From Octopus vulgaris (Eukaryota): 64,000 nucleotides of DNA. Shown here one piece after another: positions 42,190 through 57,270 of this stretch. A model generated the notes under the pieces. It saw only the letters and a program-made list of their open reading frames with translations. It did no database searches and had not been told where the DNA came from. Position 1 is the stretch's first letter; each line of letters starts with the position of its first letter. A program made the translations under genes and the position numbers. Location: the NCBI GenBank assembly GCA_951406725.2, contig OX597837.1:13702001-13766000 (forward strand), written 5' to 3'.

Positions 42190-42731
42190 ATAGATATATA
42201 TATATATATATAGATGCAGAAACACATGCATGAATACATGCACACACACACACACAAACAAGCCTGTCTTGATCCAACTTGAACTTAAGAAACATACATC
42301 TTAGTTGAGTGTCCAACTCAACTCTCTCACTCGAGTAGAGACTCTGCTCTAATTCCAGTGAAATGTTATATGATGTGACATTTCGTGCCATGAAGCGATT
42401 TTGTCCATAAAAATAGGGAAAAAGAAGATATTATTACGGAGTTATTATTATTATAATACAGAATTTCCTTAATCTATGTCTGCTTTCTTGCGAGAAATTA
42501 AGATTAAAAACGTAAATCGTGGTTATTGGGAAGATGAAGAAAAACTGTGAATTGTTAGGAGTGTTGCTGAACTAGAATGAAATAAACAATTGGGTTAATA
42601 TAATCAACATGAAAATGACGTGACTGATGATAAACTGGTGGTTTATTTCAAGGTTATGCATGAAGAGAATAACAGATTCTTGTTTCAGTTCAAATAATAG
42701 CAATTGCCAACATGAAGACACTTGTCTTTAA

Positions 42732-43033
42732 CCCTTTGCCTAAACAGTTTGTCCTGAACATCCATGATTCTTTTCAGACTTTTAGTTAACTCTTGTTTCA
42801 TACATTCTGAGTGATATAAAGCTTTCCTTTCTTAAGTCCCAAGTCACTCTAGGAGCTGACGAACATGGGAAATGTGTATCATACATAATGCATAGACACT
42901 AGGGAAAAAATATGTTCTGTGTATCACGTGTGATACAAAGGACAGACAAAATTGGGTTATGTGCATCATATGTGATGTGTAGAAGCCAGGAAATTATGTC
43001 CTGTGTATCATGACACATAGAAAAGACAAAGGG
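42732..43033. mobile_element. piggyBac-type MITE family 3
   Basis: TTAA|CCCTTTG...CAAAGGG|TTAA with internal TGTGTATCA subrepeats. Confidence 0.7.
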
Positions 43034-43269
43034 TTAAAGAAACTACTTTTTTTGTGCAATTTGGTCCCAAATAAGGCTTGAGGCCACTGTAGCATGTGCA
43101 ACTACAACGAAGCAAAAGAAGGGACCTATAGATTCAAAGATGTTGATTGACAAAATGCTTAAAGGTCTGAATATCATAGACCAGAGAAAACAAGACAATT
43201 GTAGGGAGTTCCAGGGAGAAGCAGTTGAAGGAGAGAAGCTATTAGAATAAGATATTGTTTTTAGTATTG

Positions 43270-43635
43270 TTTAGTACAGTACATCACTAAGGGTGGTAGA
43301 TCGGTAAGATTGTTAGAACTTTGGACAAAATACCTTGTGGTATTCTGTTACAGTTTTTAGGTTACATTCTAAGTATAAATTCCACTGAGGTCAACTTTGA
43401 CTTACATCCATCTAGAATTCTTTCCCACTCTAGGCATAAGGCCCAAAATCTTTAGAGAGGGAGCCAGTTAATTAGATCGACCCCAGTATGCAACTGATAC
43501 TCATTTCTTTGGCCCCTAAAGGGATGAAAGGCAAAGTCAATCTCAGTGGAATTTGAACTCAAAACATAAAGACAGACAAAATGCCACGAAGCATTATGTC
43601 TGGTGTGCAACCGATTCTACCGGCTGACAGCCTTT
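43270..43635. mobile_element. Two SINE group B copies, tail-to-tail
   Basis: Plus-strand head at 43290-43410 and minus-strand copy at 43420-43635. Confidence 0.7.
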
Positions 43636-45473
43636 AAAAAGGGCTTCAGTAATAAATACAACAATTAATTCTTGAATTTCATGTTTAATCTGTTATCCAG
43701 TGAGAAGAATTATCCAATAAGATTTGTATTAACTAATGACTCAGGCATGTGGCCTGTGGTTAGGGTGCGAGTTCATAAGTGTAAGATTGTGGGTTCAATT
43801 CCTGGGCAGGGCAACACACTGTGTCCTTGAGTAAGACACTTCATTTTTACACTGGTCCAGTCTACTCGGTCAAAAATGATTGACTGCTGGCGCAGCTGTC
43901 TCTCCCCCCAGCTGTCACAGCCTTGATACTCTGCCGAGTCAAGGGTGGGAAGGTTGAAATCATACAAGCACCTAAGAAAAAAAAATGAAATCAGAGTACA
44001 GAGCTCCAAGGTCATATTTCCTTGCCAGTGACGGCTAAGCACTTAATCTCTCTTTTGATTGGTTGTTTGTCAGTATGGCAAGGGAGAGAATCATCTTGCT
44101 AGGAATCCATATGACTGTTTTTTTTTTTTATTAGATAAAGGAATAAACTATCATTAAGCATTTGTTTGATTAAATTTTCTTCCTTTTCTTTCTCTTTTAA
44201 TCATAAAGTCCTTAACATTCCTATACAGCTGCTATCTCGATCTAGTTGGATTTCATCAGAGCAGTATGGTTAGGAAACTAGGATCTATCAAATATTACAT
44301 TTAAAATTGCGGATTGTGGATCACACACAAAAACAATAATTAATAATTGCATAATTAATGAGTGTCGTAATAGATGTAAATGGGTGTCATCATTGTACAG
44401 GCGATGTTGTTCATTTCCAATCTTCCTGGAAAACATGCCAGGCCATGAGGAAATATTACTTTGCTTTGAAGCAGGTAAGTGTTGGCAGCTGGAAGAGCAT
44501 TCAGCTGTAGAAAGGCAGCTCCGTTACCCAGTCTCAGAATTTCTAAGTCTGATGAGGAGGTGGGGAAGGAGGAAGTTATCTTCAGACAAGAGGAGAAGCC
44601 TAAATGCTTGCAACAGGATAATCTCTGCTAAAGGCACTCAGGTGGTGGTATTAATCTGGATGATGGATTAAGTCTGGACGATCAATTTAAATTCGAAATT
44701 TTACTGCCTTGTTGAATTAGTAAATAATAATTACTAACACTGACATCATCGTCGTCATCATCATTATCATCATCATCAACATAATCAAAGGAGTCAATAG
44801 TTTTCGTATTCAGAATGTAGCAAGACTAAAGATTCCTTTAACATACACTTCTCTCTCTCTCTCCCTCCCTCCCTCCCTCTCTCTCTCTCTCTCTCTAACA
44901 ATTCAAGTAAAGTGAGTTGAGTCTGACTCTTGCAGTAGAGTAAAGATACCGAAAATACAAGCAAAGTCAACCCTTTAGCATTTAAACCAGCCATATCCAG
45001 CCCAAATATTCTGTTTCATGTTCAAACCATCCAGATTTGGCCTCTCACACTTACCCTGCTATGTCATTCTAAACATAAACAATCACGACATTGAAATCTC
45101 AAAGTTAGAGGACAATTAATTCAAAACAATAAGTCTTACATTTGACAGAGGAATCTGAATGGTGACAGGGGTTTAAATAAAGGTTCATTTGTTACAAGCA
45201 TTTGGGCCTAGTCTCCGGTCCGAGGAGAACTTCATCCTTTTTGCCCATCAAACTCAGGGACCCTGAAAAAAGGTATGGAGGCCGCCCTTCTTCCTCTACA
45301 TCAGTATCAGGACAACTGACACCCCGGACATTGTCCCATCCTTCAATAATGAACTCCTCCCCTGCTGACCCACAACTGCCCCCCACCACCCAAGAATGAT
45401 TGTTCTCTGGCATTTGCCCTCTGGATTATTACCATCACAGGACAATTATCTCTCACTGCCCAGATTGAGGCTC

Positions 45474-45872
45474 ATCATCATCATCATCATCATCATTTAG
45501 CGTCCGCTTTCCATGCTAGCATGGGTTGGACAGTTCAACTGTGGTCTGGGAAGCCAGAAAGCTGCACCAGGCCCAGTCTGATCTGGCAGTGTTTCTACGG
45601 CTGGATGCCCTTCCTAACGCCAACCACTCCGTGAGTGTAGTGGGTGCTTTTTACGTGCCACCAGCACAGGTGCCAGACGGGGCTGGCAAACGGCAACAGA
45701 CGGATGGTGCATTTTACGTGCCACCGGCACGGGGGCCTGGCGAGGCTGGCAATGGCCACGGACGAATGGTGCTTTTTACGTGCCACCAGCACGGAGGCCA
45801 GTCGGGGCGACGCTGGCAACGGCCACGATTGGATGGTTTGCTTACGTGCCACCGGCACTGGTATCACAGCTG
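45474..45872 (-). mobile_element. (GAT)n-tailed element with four internal ~55-60-bp subrepeats
   Basis: Repeated GGTGCTTTTTACGTGCCACC.GCAC. Confidence 0.85.
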
Positions 45873-47083
45873 CAATAATCATTATAGCATTGACTGTTTC
45901 ACTGAATTAATTAAGATTACGGTTTCACATTTTGGCACAAGGGCAGCAAATTTAAAAGGGAGAGGCTGGTTGATTACACTGATCCCTGTACTCAGCTAAT
46001 ACCTGTTTTATCAAACCCCAAAAGGACGAAAGGTAAAGTCGGCCTCAGGAGAATTTGAACACAGAGTGTAAGGAGACAAAAGAAGTACTGCAAAGCATTT
46101 TACCCGATGCTCCAACAAAACCCTGCCAGCTCGGTGGTTTTTAATTAATCAAGATCATCCTAACGAAACAGTTCGTTTAACATTGTAGCAGTTAACAAAG
46201 TGACAACACGACAGCGATATATATCTTCCCCGTTATCAAACTAAGAAAGCAGATAAAAGCAGATAAAAAACAGATTAATATTTTCGTTCTCAGGTAAATT
46301 TGTCAGGGACGATGAGTGAAGATGATCCTCATTTAAAAATGGAATCAAGAAGAGAAGAATTTTAAACCTGTAAAAACAATTGCGTTGGATATAACAGGAA
46401 GGAAAAGGGGGGAAGGAAATATCCCTGTTATGCCAGGTAACAAATATAAAAGAAAGGTAAGTTGAAAACGATAAAAATGTACGGCTATTACCTGACATAG
46501 TTGGGCCATTTGTCAGTGACACAGAGAGAATCAAGTAAATCCTGTAACATCTGCAAACTTCTCATTAAAAGGTAAATTGAATGACACAACACTTATCTCT
46601 CTCTCTCTCTCTCTCTCTCTCGCACACAGACGTCTCTTTCATAGAAAAATAGTTGGCTAATATAAATATTGGGGAAAATGTGTGTAAGGGAAGTGAAGAG
46701 AGAAAGCGGAGAAACTGTGGAGAGGAATGCAGGCAGACACACACACACACACACATGCATATAAATGCACACACATACAAACATTCATACACACACACAT
46801 ATACATATATATACATCCATACACACCCATATACATACATACGCACATGCATGTAAACACATGCACACACACACACATGTATATATACACAAAGACATAC
46901 ATTTAGAGAGATGTGTGAGAATAGGAAGGAGAAAATGAAAAAGTCAGCCAGAGAGAGAGAGAGAGAGGAGGAGGAGGGACTAAAGAAAGAAAGAAAGAAA
47001 GGAAGAAAGAAAGGAAAAGTCGATCACAAAGAAAGCAAAATAAAAGAATAAAAACGACACAAAGAAGATCAATGTTTGACAAA

Positions 47084-47500
47084 CTTCGTATCGTATCAGG
47101 TAAACCATTTTATTGATACCCGAAGATTTGAAGACATTTTTCTACTTCTTTGCTGAGAGGGAGAGTTAGACAGATACGAAGACTTGACCTCTTCTGTAGG
47201 TATGTGAGATTTGATGTTTCAATAAACCTGTGGAGCAGAAATGGACTTAGGTACACCTTCATCCCTTTCATTGTAATTAAACTGTGGTCAGATGGAAACC
47301 CTTCAGCGGTAATGGATCCTTCAACACAGCCCGACCTGAACGCTAGAAATAGCAGCTGCTTCTCCCAACCATAACAACGTGCTGACCCCGTCTTACCCGC
47401 TCGGTGACCTGCCTCGAAAAGGCAGAATCCTGCCCTCGCTGCGCGCGCGTCACTGCTGCCCTTTCCGGTCAGCTCCCCAGCTGCTGACGTCATCCCACAT
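47084..47500. other. CpG-rich island: promoter-like or DIRS-like terminal remnant
   Basis: TGACGTCA (47485), GCGCGCGCG, TTCCGG. Inverted CTTCGTATC/GATACGAAG (47084/47173). Confidence 0.35.
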
Positions 47501-48288
47501 AAACTACCCAAAGCAACTTGCATGTGTGTGTGTGTGTGTTTAATGGTCATGTGAGTAAAGCATTTCACTATAAGTTATTGGATCATAAGTTCAAATCTCA
47601 CTGCAGGTGTTTGTTGAGTTGCATTTCCAGGCCTCACACTTAAAATTCTACTGACCTTTACTGACCGTTGGCTTTTGGGCCACCAGGTGTTATAGAAAAA
47701 ACATCAAAGGGGCTGATACCTTTGATTGGATTAGGAAATGTCTAGCATTTGGTTGTTTTGTTTTGTTTTTTTTAACTTATGGGTGAAGAACTATCTCTCT
47801 TTTTAGAGTTTGTATACTTAAGAAGCAGAGGGAAAGTCACAGGTAGACAGAAATAAGGGAGCAGAGGAGGAGAGAAAGATAATTAAGAGGATAACCTACC
47901 CAGTCTACATGATAAATTCACAGATGATAAGAAAGGTACCTAACTGTAAAGAGCATACAAAAAAATACAAGACACTAAAAATGATCAGGTTTTCTCTGAT
48001 GTCATGTATGAAGTGCAGTGTTGCATGAGATACAGACAATGAATGCAGAAGGTGCAGAGTTTGAGAGAACTTAAGCAAACATGGACGTGTGATGTTAATA
48101 TGCATGAATGATGTGGTATAGATAAGCTGGGTGAAAAACCTGTGTGTAAGTGGAATCAAATGTGGTGTAGAAAGAGAGACAAAAAGGATTGGTGCAGATG
48201 TGTAATGTTTATGGATTATCATAGATGAGTAAAAAAGTGCCGGGATCTATGTGAAAGGAACTAGAGGGAGAGAAAGACAGAGGGAGAT

Positions 48289-48732
48289 CATCATCATCAT
48301 CATCATTTAGAGTCTGCTTTCCATGCTAGCATGGGTTGGATGGTTCAACTGGGGTCTGGGAAGCCAGGAGGCTGCACCAGGCTCCAGTCTGATCTGGCAG
48401 AGTTTCTACAGCTGGATGCCCTTCCTAACACCAACCACTCCGTGAGTGTAGTGGGTGTTTTTTACGTGCCAGACGAGGCTGGCAAACGGCCACGATCGGA
48501 TGGTGCTTTTTACATGCCACCATCATGGAGACCAGACGAGGCTGGCAGCAGCCACGATCGGATGGTGCTTTTTATGTGCCACTGGCACAGGTGCCAGACG
48601 AGGCTGGCAAATGGCCACGATCGGATGGTGCTTTTTACGTGCCATTAGCACGGAGGTCAGTCAGGGTGGCACTGGCAACGGCCACGTTCGGATGGTTCTC
48701 TTACGTGCCACCGTCACTGGTATCACAGCTGT
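48289..48732 (-). mobile_element. (GAT)n-tailed element with five internal subrepeats
   Basis: As 45474, with a different subrepeat number. Confidence 0.85.
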
Positions 48733-49404
48733 AAATATGGGTACAAATGGGGAAAGCTAATCTGAGGATGTTGATCCCCACAAAGGAAATGACAAAGGAA
48801 TGCAATAAGTAGTGGGATGCTGTGGAGGGGAGTTGCCCAACCCAGAGGAGCATGGGGTCACTGTATAGAATCATAGGCATCGCATTCCCTTCCTGACCAA
48901 AAGGATAAATAAAAAGAGAATGAAGTCAGTGTGTCCGTTTACAATTCGTCATCATATTCATTTCATGACGCCTGTTATAATTATCAATTATCAATAAAAT
49001 AATAATTACAATTATCAATTATCCACATAATAATAAAAGCAGCTGACCAGCCCCATAACTTGTGGACAAACAATACAATTGTACTTATTCAGGAAATAAG
49101 CAGCAGAAAAGTGAAAAAAAAAAAACTGGATGTGATAGAAGAAAACTGAGAGTGGATTTGAACCCTGCACGCCAGTTTTAGCCTGAATCAAGTGAAAAAG
49201 CAAACTGAACAGAAAATATGTTCAAAATTGTTCCGCTGCTGTTTCGTAGTATCAAATATTTTCATCTGTCGCCCTCAAATAATATCGGTAATTAGGTCAA
49301 CGTATGTGTATGACAAAAGATTTGATAGAATAAATTTTCAGTTTCTTAGACAGAAAATGGATTTTGTTCATGAAGAGTGAGGTTAACCCAACTGATCCAG
49401 TATA

Positions 49405-49783
49405 TTCCTTTCTGCTTGGGGCACAAGGCCTGAAATTTTGGGGGAGGAGGCCAGTCGATTAGATCGACCTCAGTACACAACTGGTACTTAATTCATCAAC
49501 CCCGAAAAGATGAAAGGCAAAGTCAACTTTGGTGGAATTTGAACTGAGACTGTAATCACAGATGAAATAATGCTAAGCAGGTCGCCCGGTGTGCTAACGT
49601 GTCTGCCAGCTCGGCGCCTTCTAATGATCCGAATATTCTTTTCTATTCTAGGCACAAGGCTTGAAATTTGGGGAGAGGGGAAGGGAGGGCAGAGGCAGAG
49701 GCAGTCAATTAGATTGACCCAGTATGCAACTGGTACTTAATTTATCGACCCTCAAAAGGATGAAAGGTAAAGTTGACCTCGGT
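49405..49783 (-). mobile_element. Two tandem SINE group B copies
   Basis: GGCACAAGGC tail plus core twice. The second copy is truncated. Confidence 0.8.
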
Positions 49784-50554
49784 TCCAAGATATATAACTT
49801 GACTAGGAAAACAATGTCACATAAAAAAAAATTAGCTTATATATGTTTAAATAAATGGGTTTTTTTAATATTTATTTTCAAATATTTTATTTGATTTTCC
49901 ACTCCAGTATTAAATCTTTTGGTGTTTTCTTTTAATTTTTAATGCTTTTAAATATGTGTCATTGAGACAAAAAACCAAAAAATGTAAAGTCAAAAAAAGG
50001 CATAACGCAAAAACAACGTAGCTTGAAGTACGTTTGTATTTTCAGAATGAACCGAAATAAAAACCGTGTATTTCAACAGAAATATGGCAACAAAAGGGTT
50101 AATTGACCTTGAAGAGACAAAAGACCAAATGAATCCTGGCAGAATTTCAACTGTGAATATTCAGTGCTGAAGCTAAATATTCCAAAACAGTAAGCCAAAC
50201 TCATTGCTACCCGTTCACAATGTAAATAGAAAACCATTAACAACCAAAACCCTTCCAATAAGCAAATACAATAATAAACAGCCGAAACAACTGGCACGAT
50301 CCAATATTAATGAATTCATTTGATTAGACATTAAGTTAACTTTTAACGAAGAAGAGCTGAAGTTAATTGTATCAATCCCATCTAATATTAGCATTTATTT
50401 TTATGAATAGCAGAGCAATAAGAGGCAAAACTGACCTCTTTAATACACACAATTCTTTTTTTATTAGTTTTAGAATGAATCGTTATTAAACTCAGATGGA
50501 TACTTAATTAAGAACGGCAAGTGTGGTATCACAATATATTCACTGTATGGGATT

Positions 50555-50862
50555 GTTTTTGTTCCTTATCAAGCCATGCTTGGCTCATAAGGGCCGGTTT
50601 CCCGGTTTCCTTGGCGTATAGGTTCCCCACCTGGACGGGACGCCGGTCCGTCCGTCGCAGGTGAGCTGCAAGATGCCGGAGGAAAGAGTGAGAGAAAGTT
50701 GTGGCAAAAGAGTCAGCAGAAGTTTGCCATTACCTTCTGCCGGAGCCGCGTGGAGCTCAGGTGTTTCGCTCATAAACACACACATTGCCCGGTCTGAGAT
50801 TCGAACCCGCAATCCCTCGACCGCGAGTCTGCTGCTCTAACCACTAGGCCATGTGCCTCCAC
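50555..50862 (-). mobile_element. SINE group C with V-domain-like tail
   Basis: Head as 4127, then CCTGCGACGGAC..GGCGTCCCGTCCAGG..GGAAACCGGG. Confidence 0.8.
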
Positions 50863-51182
50863 ACTGTATGGGATAAACTAGTCAATTCCAATTCCTCTTT
50901 TTTCAAACCAATATCTTTCTGTTTGGATAAAATATTTGCTCGTGTACATGCATTGTTAAATGACAATCGGCCTTTTTCCTTCATCAGCTACCAACACTGG
51001 CAACTTCATAACGTTTATCCAAAACTTCAGTGTTAATCATTTATCATTACACAATGCTGTCAGTGTGATTTACGACTTACAGAATCTCTACATCAAGGAT
51101 TGGCAACAAACAACCCGCAGCCCACAAATGGGCCGAGGAGGTCATTATGTGTCTGGGACATATTGGAGCAAGTCTATTATTA

Positions 51183-51530
51183 CACTAGCAGTATCGCCCG
51201 GTGTTGCTCAGGTTTGTTTCGACCCTTTAGAATTGGAATTTTTGAAAAGTGAACATTTTTTCCTGGTTGAAATACACCGAAAAATGGCGACACAGCAGTC
51301 AAAAAATCATAAAAAATAGGGATTTTCATAGAAAAAAAGCACCTTTTTGATGTAAATAATTTTTGGTGTTAACATGGTCCAATTTGAATTTTGAATGAAG
51401 AGCAAGCCTTCTTCTATCATACTCTCAATTTTGGTCAACTTGCGCTGCAGGGTCTCGGAGGAGATAGTGTTAGTTGAAGGCTGCCAAACCTGCCATACAC
51501 ACACAACTTCAGCTTTATATATAGAGAGAT
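51183..51530 (+). mobile_element. Helentron-associated (HINE/Lep1-like) non-autonomous element
   Basis: Starts ACTAGCAGTATCGCCCGGTGTTGCTCAGG (subterminal hairpin) and ends CTTTATATATAGA. Confidence 0.6.
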
Positions 51531-51995
51531 TGGACTTGGGTCAACACCCAAGTCTCATGAGTCTTGTGTTTGAAATTAGGACCATAGGAACTGCACAGAT
51601 CCCCAATCCTACAGAATGTACCTCCGATGTAAAAGTCTAGCCTTGCCATACACAACATCAGCCGAGTATTACATTAATGGTTCATGTATTTATGGAATGT
51701 TCAGCAGTTATTTCAAAGAGCAGATAATTCTGTTGATCAAAATAACTGAACGTTGTTGAAACCAACAGGAAGCCATTTCTTTGCTTTGTCTGTGTGTGTG
51801 CTTGCATATATATATATATCTATGTATATATACGCAACTAGTATCATACTATGTATTCTAAATGTTTTGTAGAAGGATACATTTAGGTGCATTTTTTATG
51901 AGTATCACCAGATTAGTTGAATCCATATATTGACTTAAATCTATCTATCTCTATCTATCTATTTATATCTCTCTCTATCTATGTCTATCTATCTA

Positions 51996-52051
<56 letters not shown>

Positions 52052-52601
52052 TCTATATCTAACTATCTATTTATCTATCTATCTATATCTATCTATATAC
52101 ACACACACATATATACATATTTTTTTTATACATACATATAATACACACACACATAGGAGTTGTATATCAGATAATGTTTGCACTTCAAAATATCTTAACA
52201 TAATTTACAACTCTTACATTATCCTCCTCCTCCCCATCATCATCATCATTTAAGGTCCACTTCTCCATGCATGCAGGGTCAGAATTTGCCAAAACAGATT
52301 TTCTATGGCTAGATGCCCTTCTTGTCACCATTATATATACACAGATATGGACATTACTCTCTCTCTCTCTCTCTCTCTCTCCTGAGTCTGACGAAAAAAG
52401 TACTCCACCCAGGGATAGACAAATAGCAGTCACACATGTACACAGTGTAAAGATACAAGCTCCTAATAGTCTCGTAGTTTCTTGCACTGGAGACATGAGT
52501 CTAAGCAGGGTTTTTTTTTAACGTGCATTGTGTCTCCAATGCAAGAAACTTAGTAGCTTGAATCTTTATACTGTGTACATTAAACGATATTTACAAATTA
52601 T

Positions 52602-52998
52602 TCTTTTACTTGTTTCAGTCATTTGATTGCTGCCATGCTGGAGCACTGCCTTTAGTCGAACAAATCGACCCCCAGGACTTATTGTTTGTAAGCCTAGTAC
52701 TTATTCTATCGGTCTCTTTTGCTGAGCTGCTAAGTAACGGGGACATAAACACACCAACATCGGTTGTCAAGCGATGGTGGTGGGGAAGACAAACACAGTC
52801 ACACAAACATTACATACATACATACATACACACATACTTATATACGACAGGCTTCTTTCAGTTTCTATTTACTAAATCCACTCACAAGGATTTGGTTGGC
52901 CTGAGGCTATAGTAGAAGACACTTGCCCAAGATGCCACGCAGTGGGACTGAACCCGAAACTATGCAGTTGGGAAGCAAGCTTCTTACCACACAACCAC
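52602..52998 (-). mobile_element. SINE group A, full length
   Basis: Homologous to 62475-62886. Confidence 0.85.
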
Positions 52999-53340
52999 AC
53001 ACATACACACACTTATGCATGCATACAAAGAGATACATATACCTGCAATGTGCAGTGTATTCTTTCCTAATGTAAGATGTTAGGGTGTGATGTGAGGGAA
53101 GTTTGATCTTGAGGTAATTAGAATACATGAGGTACGTGAAATAGAGAATGTGTGCGCATGTGAATGCGTTTTTGTGTGCATGTGAGAATGTAGAAGTATA
53201 CACGTGCGTTGGGTGTGTGTGTGTGTCAATGAACTGGAACTAAATGGAACAAGAGTATGAGAGAATCGAAGTATGTTTGTATGCATTAAGAGAACGAATG
53301 GGAAGGAGATAGGGAGAAGGTCAGATAGAGAGATCTGTAA

Positions 53341-53374
<34 letters not shown>

Positions 53375-53691
53375 TGAGAGAGGGGCAGTAAATTCTATTA
53401 CCTGAAAATCTCTATCTACCTATATATATATATATATATAGGCATATATATACACACACACACACACACATATATATATGCACATATAATACATACATAT
53501 ACATATATATATATACATATATATATACACACATATATATATACACATATATACATATATATAAACATATATATGTAAATATGTATATGTTTGTGTGTGT
53601 GTATATATATATGCATATACACACACATATATATACACATATACATATATATATATATATGTATATATATATATGCATGTATATCATTATG

Positions 53692-53725
<34 letters not shown>

Positions 53726-54924
53726 AGCACAGATATATTAGGTCCTGTTACAATGACCATAAGGGATCATATCTACTGGTTTCTTTGCAATTCTGTACTG
53801 ACATTCTGTAGCTTCAGCATACTCCAACTAAATTAATTAATACAACGTAATTATTACCATCTCTTCATACCTTGGGCTAATTAGCAAACAAACAGGTATA
53901 CATACCTCTGCATCCTTACACACTCACACACAGGCTTAGTGTGACAAAATCTGACCTCAAGGCCTTTACCCAATAATAAACAAACTATATATATATATGT
54001 GTATATATACCTTTTTCCCATTCGAACATTTTTTTATATTTAACGGCTCCCATAAAATCGCCTTCAGCAAATCTTCTAACAAATGGATTTTTCTTTAAGC
54101 CTCGGCTGTTGTCATTTACACGCAGACATCTCAAAAGTAAATAGACGCGGTCGTTTTCGAAAGACTTATTTCTAGAAATACAATAACGGCAGTGATGCAT
54201 TTAAATACTGAATCTAGTATTTAGTAGACATGCCTGGTGCAGTTATTAATTATTTCTGCCTGCTTGGGCACCGTACTTAATGAATAGTGGTCTGCACAGG
54301 TAAAAAGGGTGCAATGAGAGATGTCTATTTATTTTTGGGGTGTTGTGTTGTTATCTCAATGTGATTGCTATAAACATAACTATAGGAAAAAATCAGGATA
54401 TCAATAAAATATGTCGCCATAGATGACGTCTTAAGCTGACACAGCAAAGAAGACATACAAATAAACAGATAAATAAATAAATAAAAACATCTGAATCGAT
54501 ATCTTTTATGTTGTACTGGTTTCAGTCATTGGATAGCAGCCACGGTCGGACACCGTCTTTGAAGGGTTTTTGCTCCAACAAATCGATTCCAGTACTTTTG
54601 TATTTCTTAAAGTTTGGGTTCTTTTGCTGAATCACTGATGCTGTGGGGATGTATACAAACCAACACCGGTTACCAAGCAGTGGTTGCGGAGAAACACAAA
54701 TGCACACACACACACACACAATGGCTTCCACAGTTTCCATCTGACAAATTCACTCAGTTGATCATCTGGCCCCCTCCCCTGCTTAACTGGCCCTTATTCT
54801 ATCGATCCTGAAAGGATGAAAGGCAAGGTTGACCTTGGCAGAATTTGAACTCAGAACATAAAAGATGGATGAAATTTCACTAAGCATTTTTTCCTGGCGA
54901 ACGATTCTGCTAGCTTGCTGCCTT

Positions 54925-55124
54925 CATGATGATGATGATGGTGATGATGATGAGGACGATGATGATGATGATGGTGGTGATGATGATGATGATGATGGTG
55001 GTGATGATGATGATGGCGATGATGATGATGGCGATGATGGTGGTGGTGGCGATGATGGTGGTGGTGGTGATGATGTTGGTGGTGATGATGATGGTGGTGA
55101 TGATGATGGTGGTGATGATGATGG

Positions 55125-55155
<31 letters not shown>

Positions 55156-55218
55156 GATGGTGGTGATGATGATGGTGGTGGTGGTGATGATGTTGATAAT
55201 GATGATGATGATGATGAT
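54925..55218. repeat. (GAT/GGT)n trinucleotide tract
   Basis: Direct reading. Lies between two group B SINEs. Confidence 0.95.
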
Positions 55219-55475
55219 CCTACAATAGGCAGAAGGCCAAAACATTTGGAGGGGCGGGGAGGGGGCTAGATGATTACATTAAATCTGAAAACTGACTGGT
55301 GCTTATCTTATTGACCCCCAGAAGGGCAAAAGGCAAAGCTGACCTTGGTGGAGTTTGAACACAAATGTAAAGAGACGGACAAAACACCCCTAAACATTTG
55401 GCCAGCTGCAGCAACCGTTCAACCATCTTGCTGCCTTACAAAAGATTAAAATATCATAAATATTGATGGAGGTAT

Positions 55476-55688
55476 ACTCTTTTACTTGTTTCAGTCATTT
55501 GACTGAGGCCATGCTGGAGCACCGCCTTTTTAGTCGAGCAACTCGACCCCAGGACTTATTCTTTGTAAGCCCAGTACTTATTCTATCGGTCTCTTTTGCC
55601 GAACTGCTAAGTGACAGGGATGTAAACACACCAGCATCGGTTGTCAAGCAATGCTAGGGGAACAAACACAGACACGCAAACATACACG

Positions 55689-55722
<34 letters not shown>

Positions 55723-55888
55723 TACGATGGGCTTCTTTCAGTTTCCATCTACCAAATCCACTCACAAGGCATTGGTCAGCCCGAGGCTATAGTAGAAGAC
55801 TCTTGCCCAAGGTGCCATGCAGTGGGACTGAACCTTGAACCATGTGGTTGGTAAACAAGCTACTTACCACACAGCCACTCCTGCGCCT
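55476..55888 (-). mobile_element. SINE group A, full length, young
   Basis: Near-identical reverse complement of 62475-62886. Confidence 0.9.
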
Positions 55889-56344
55889 ATAATCACCTTT
55901 CTGGAACTAAAAGATTCTATGATGGCACCTGACATCCACCTGGTAGTAATTAAGGAATCCGCCTTCACAATCGTAATGTTAGATGCTTAATAACTTTAAT
56001 TACGTTCAGATCAGATTGCATAGATCCAATCACATACGTAAAAACCTCGCGTTTGGTACATAGGAACCACAAACAAAAGGTGATACCATAGGAGCAATGC
56101 AGACATTCTAATTTGGAAACAGGTAATATGAAGCACGCACACACACACGCACACAGCCACACGGTGCAAGATATGGAGTTTGGTTTGTTACAATGTTGTC
56201 TCAAGTTCCATGTCATTATGGGACATCTTATGCAAGTCTCTTCCACTGCAGCCTTTGACTGGCCATTGCCCTGTAAGTGAAACTGGTAAAGAGAAACTGT
56301 ATGGAAGCCCATATATACATACATACACACCCACACATATAGTT

Positions 56345-56394
<50 letters not shown>

Positions 56395-56398
<4 letters not shown>

Positions 56399-56686
56399 CA
56401 TGTTCACCGTGACTGACTACAACATCACTGGTCACAATGCGCTTCACATTGTTTTAGCCTTCAAATGTCGCCACCCCGCTGGCTAAGCAAGCAGGCCAAC
56501 AGAAGAAAGAGTGAGAGAAAGAGAGGTGAAAGAGTACAGCAGGGATCACCACCCCCTGCCGGAGCCTCATGGAGCTTTAAGTGTTTTCGCTTAATAAACA
56601 CTCACAACGCCCGGTCTGGGAATTGAAACCATGATCCTACGACCTCGAGTCCGCTGCCCTAACCACTGGGCCATTGCACCTCCACA
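56395..56686 (-). mobile_element. SINE group C with a third tail type
   Basis: Head as 4127, different 3' half. Confidence 0.8.
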
Positions 56687-57088
56687 CATACATACACATA
56701 TGTATATATATTTGTATCTGTCTATATGTTTAAATGTATATAGCATGTGTGTGTGTGTATCTATTTACATACTTCATCTGTAGGTGAGTGGAATAAAAAA
56801 ATAAATCCATAATTGGATAAAAAAAACGTAACAACAGGTAAGGATTAATGACAAACATAGCATCCAGCTGTAAAATGATAACTCAGTGTGTATCAGCCCT
56901 AACCTTTGCTACCATGGGAAAGTGGTTTTAAAATTAAAGAAAACACACACACACACACACACACAAACACATATACATACACAAATATATACACATGCTT
57001 GCATACATACATACACACACACATAGAAAAATACATACCAACATATATACATGCAAACATATAATTAAGTATACACATATTGACAGTC

Positions 57089-57169
<81 letters not shown>

Positions 57170-57170
57170 C

Positions 57171-57270
<100 letters not shown>

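Noticed and set aside
45526-45999. ORFs with FLQLDALPNANH-type peptides at several loci
   Set aside because: Translations of the same non-coding repeat family.
47110-47568. 152-aa ORF
   Set aside because: Begins in SINE-like and (CA)n sequence, with no recognisable domain.
54865-55269. Poly-Asp/Gly or poly-Met ORFs
   Set aside because: Trinucleotide tract between SINEs.
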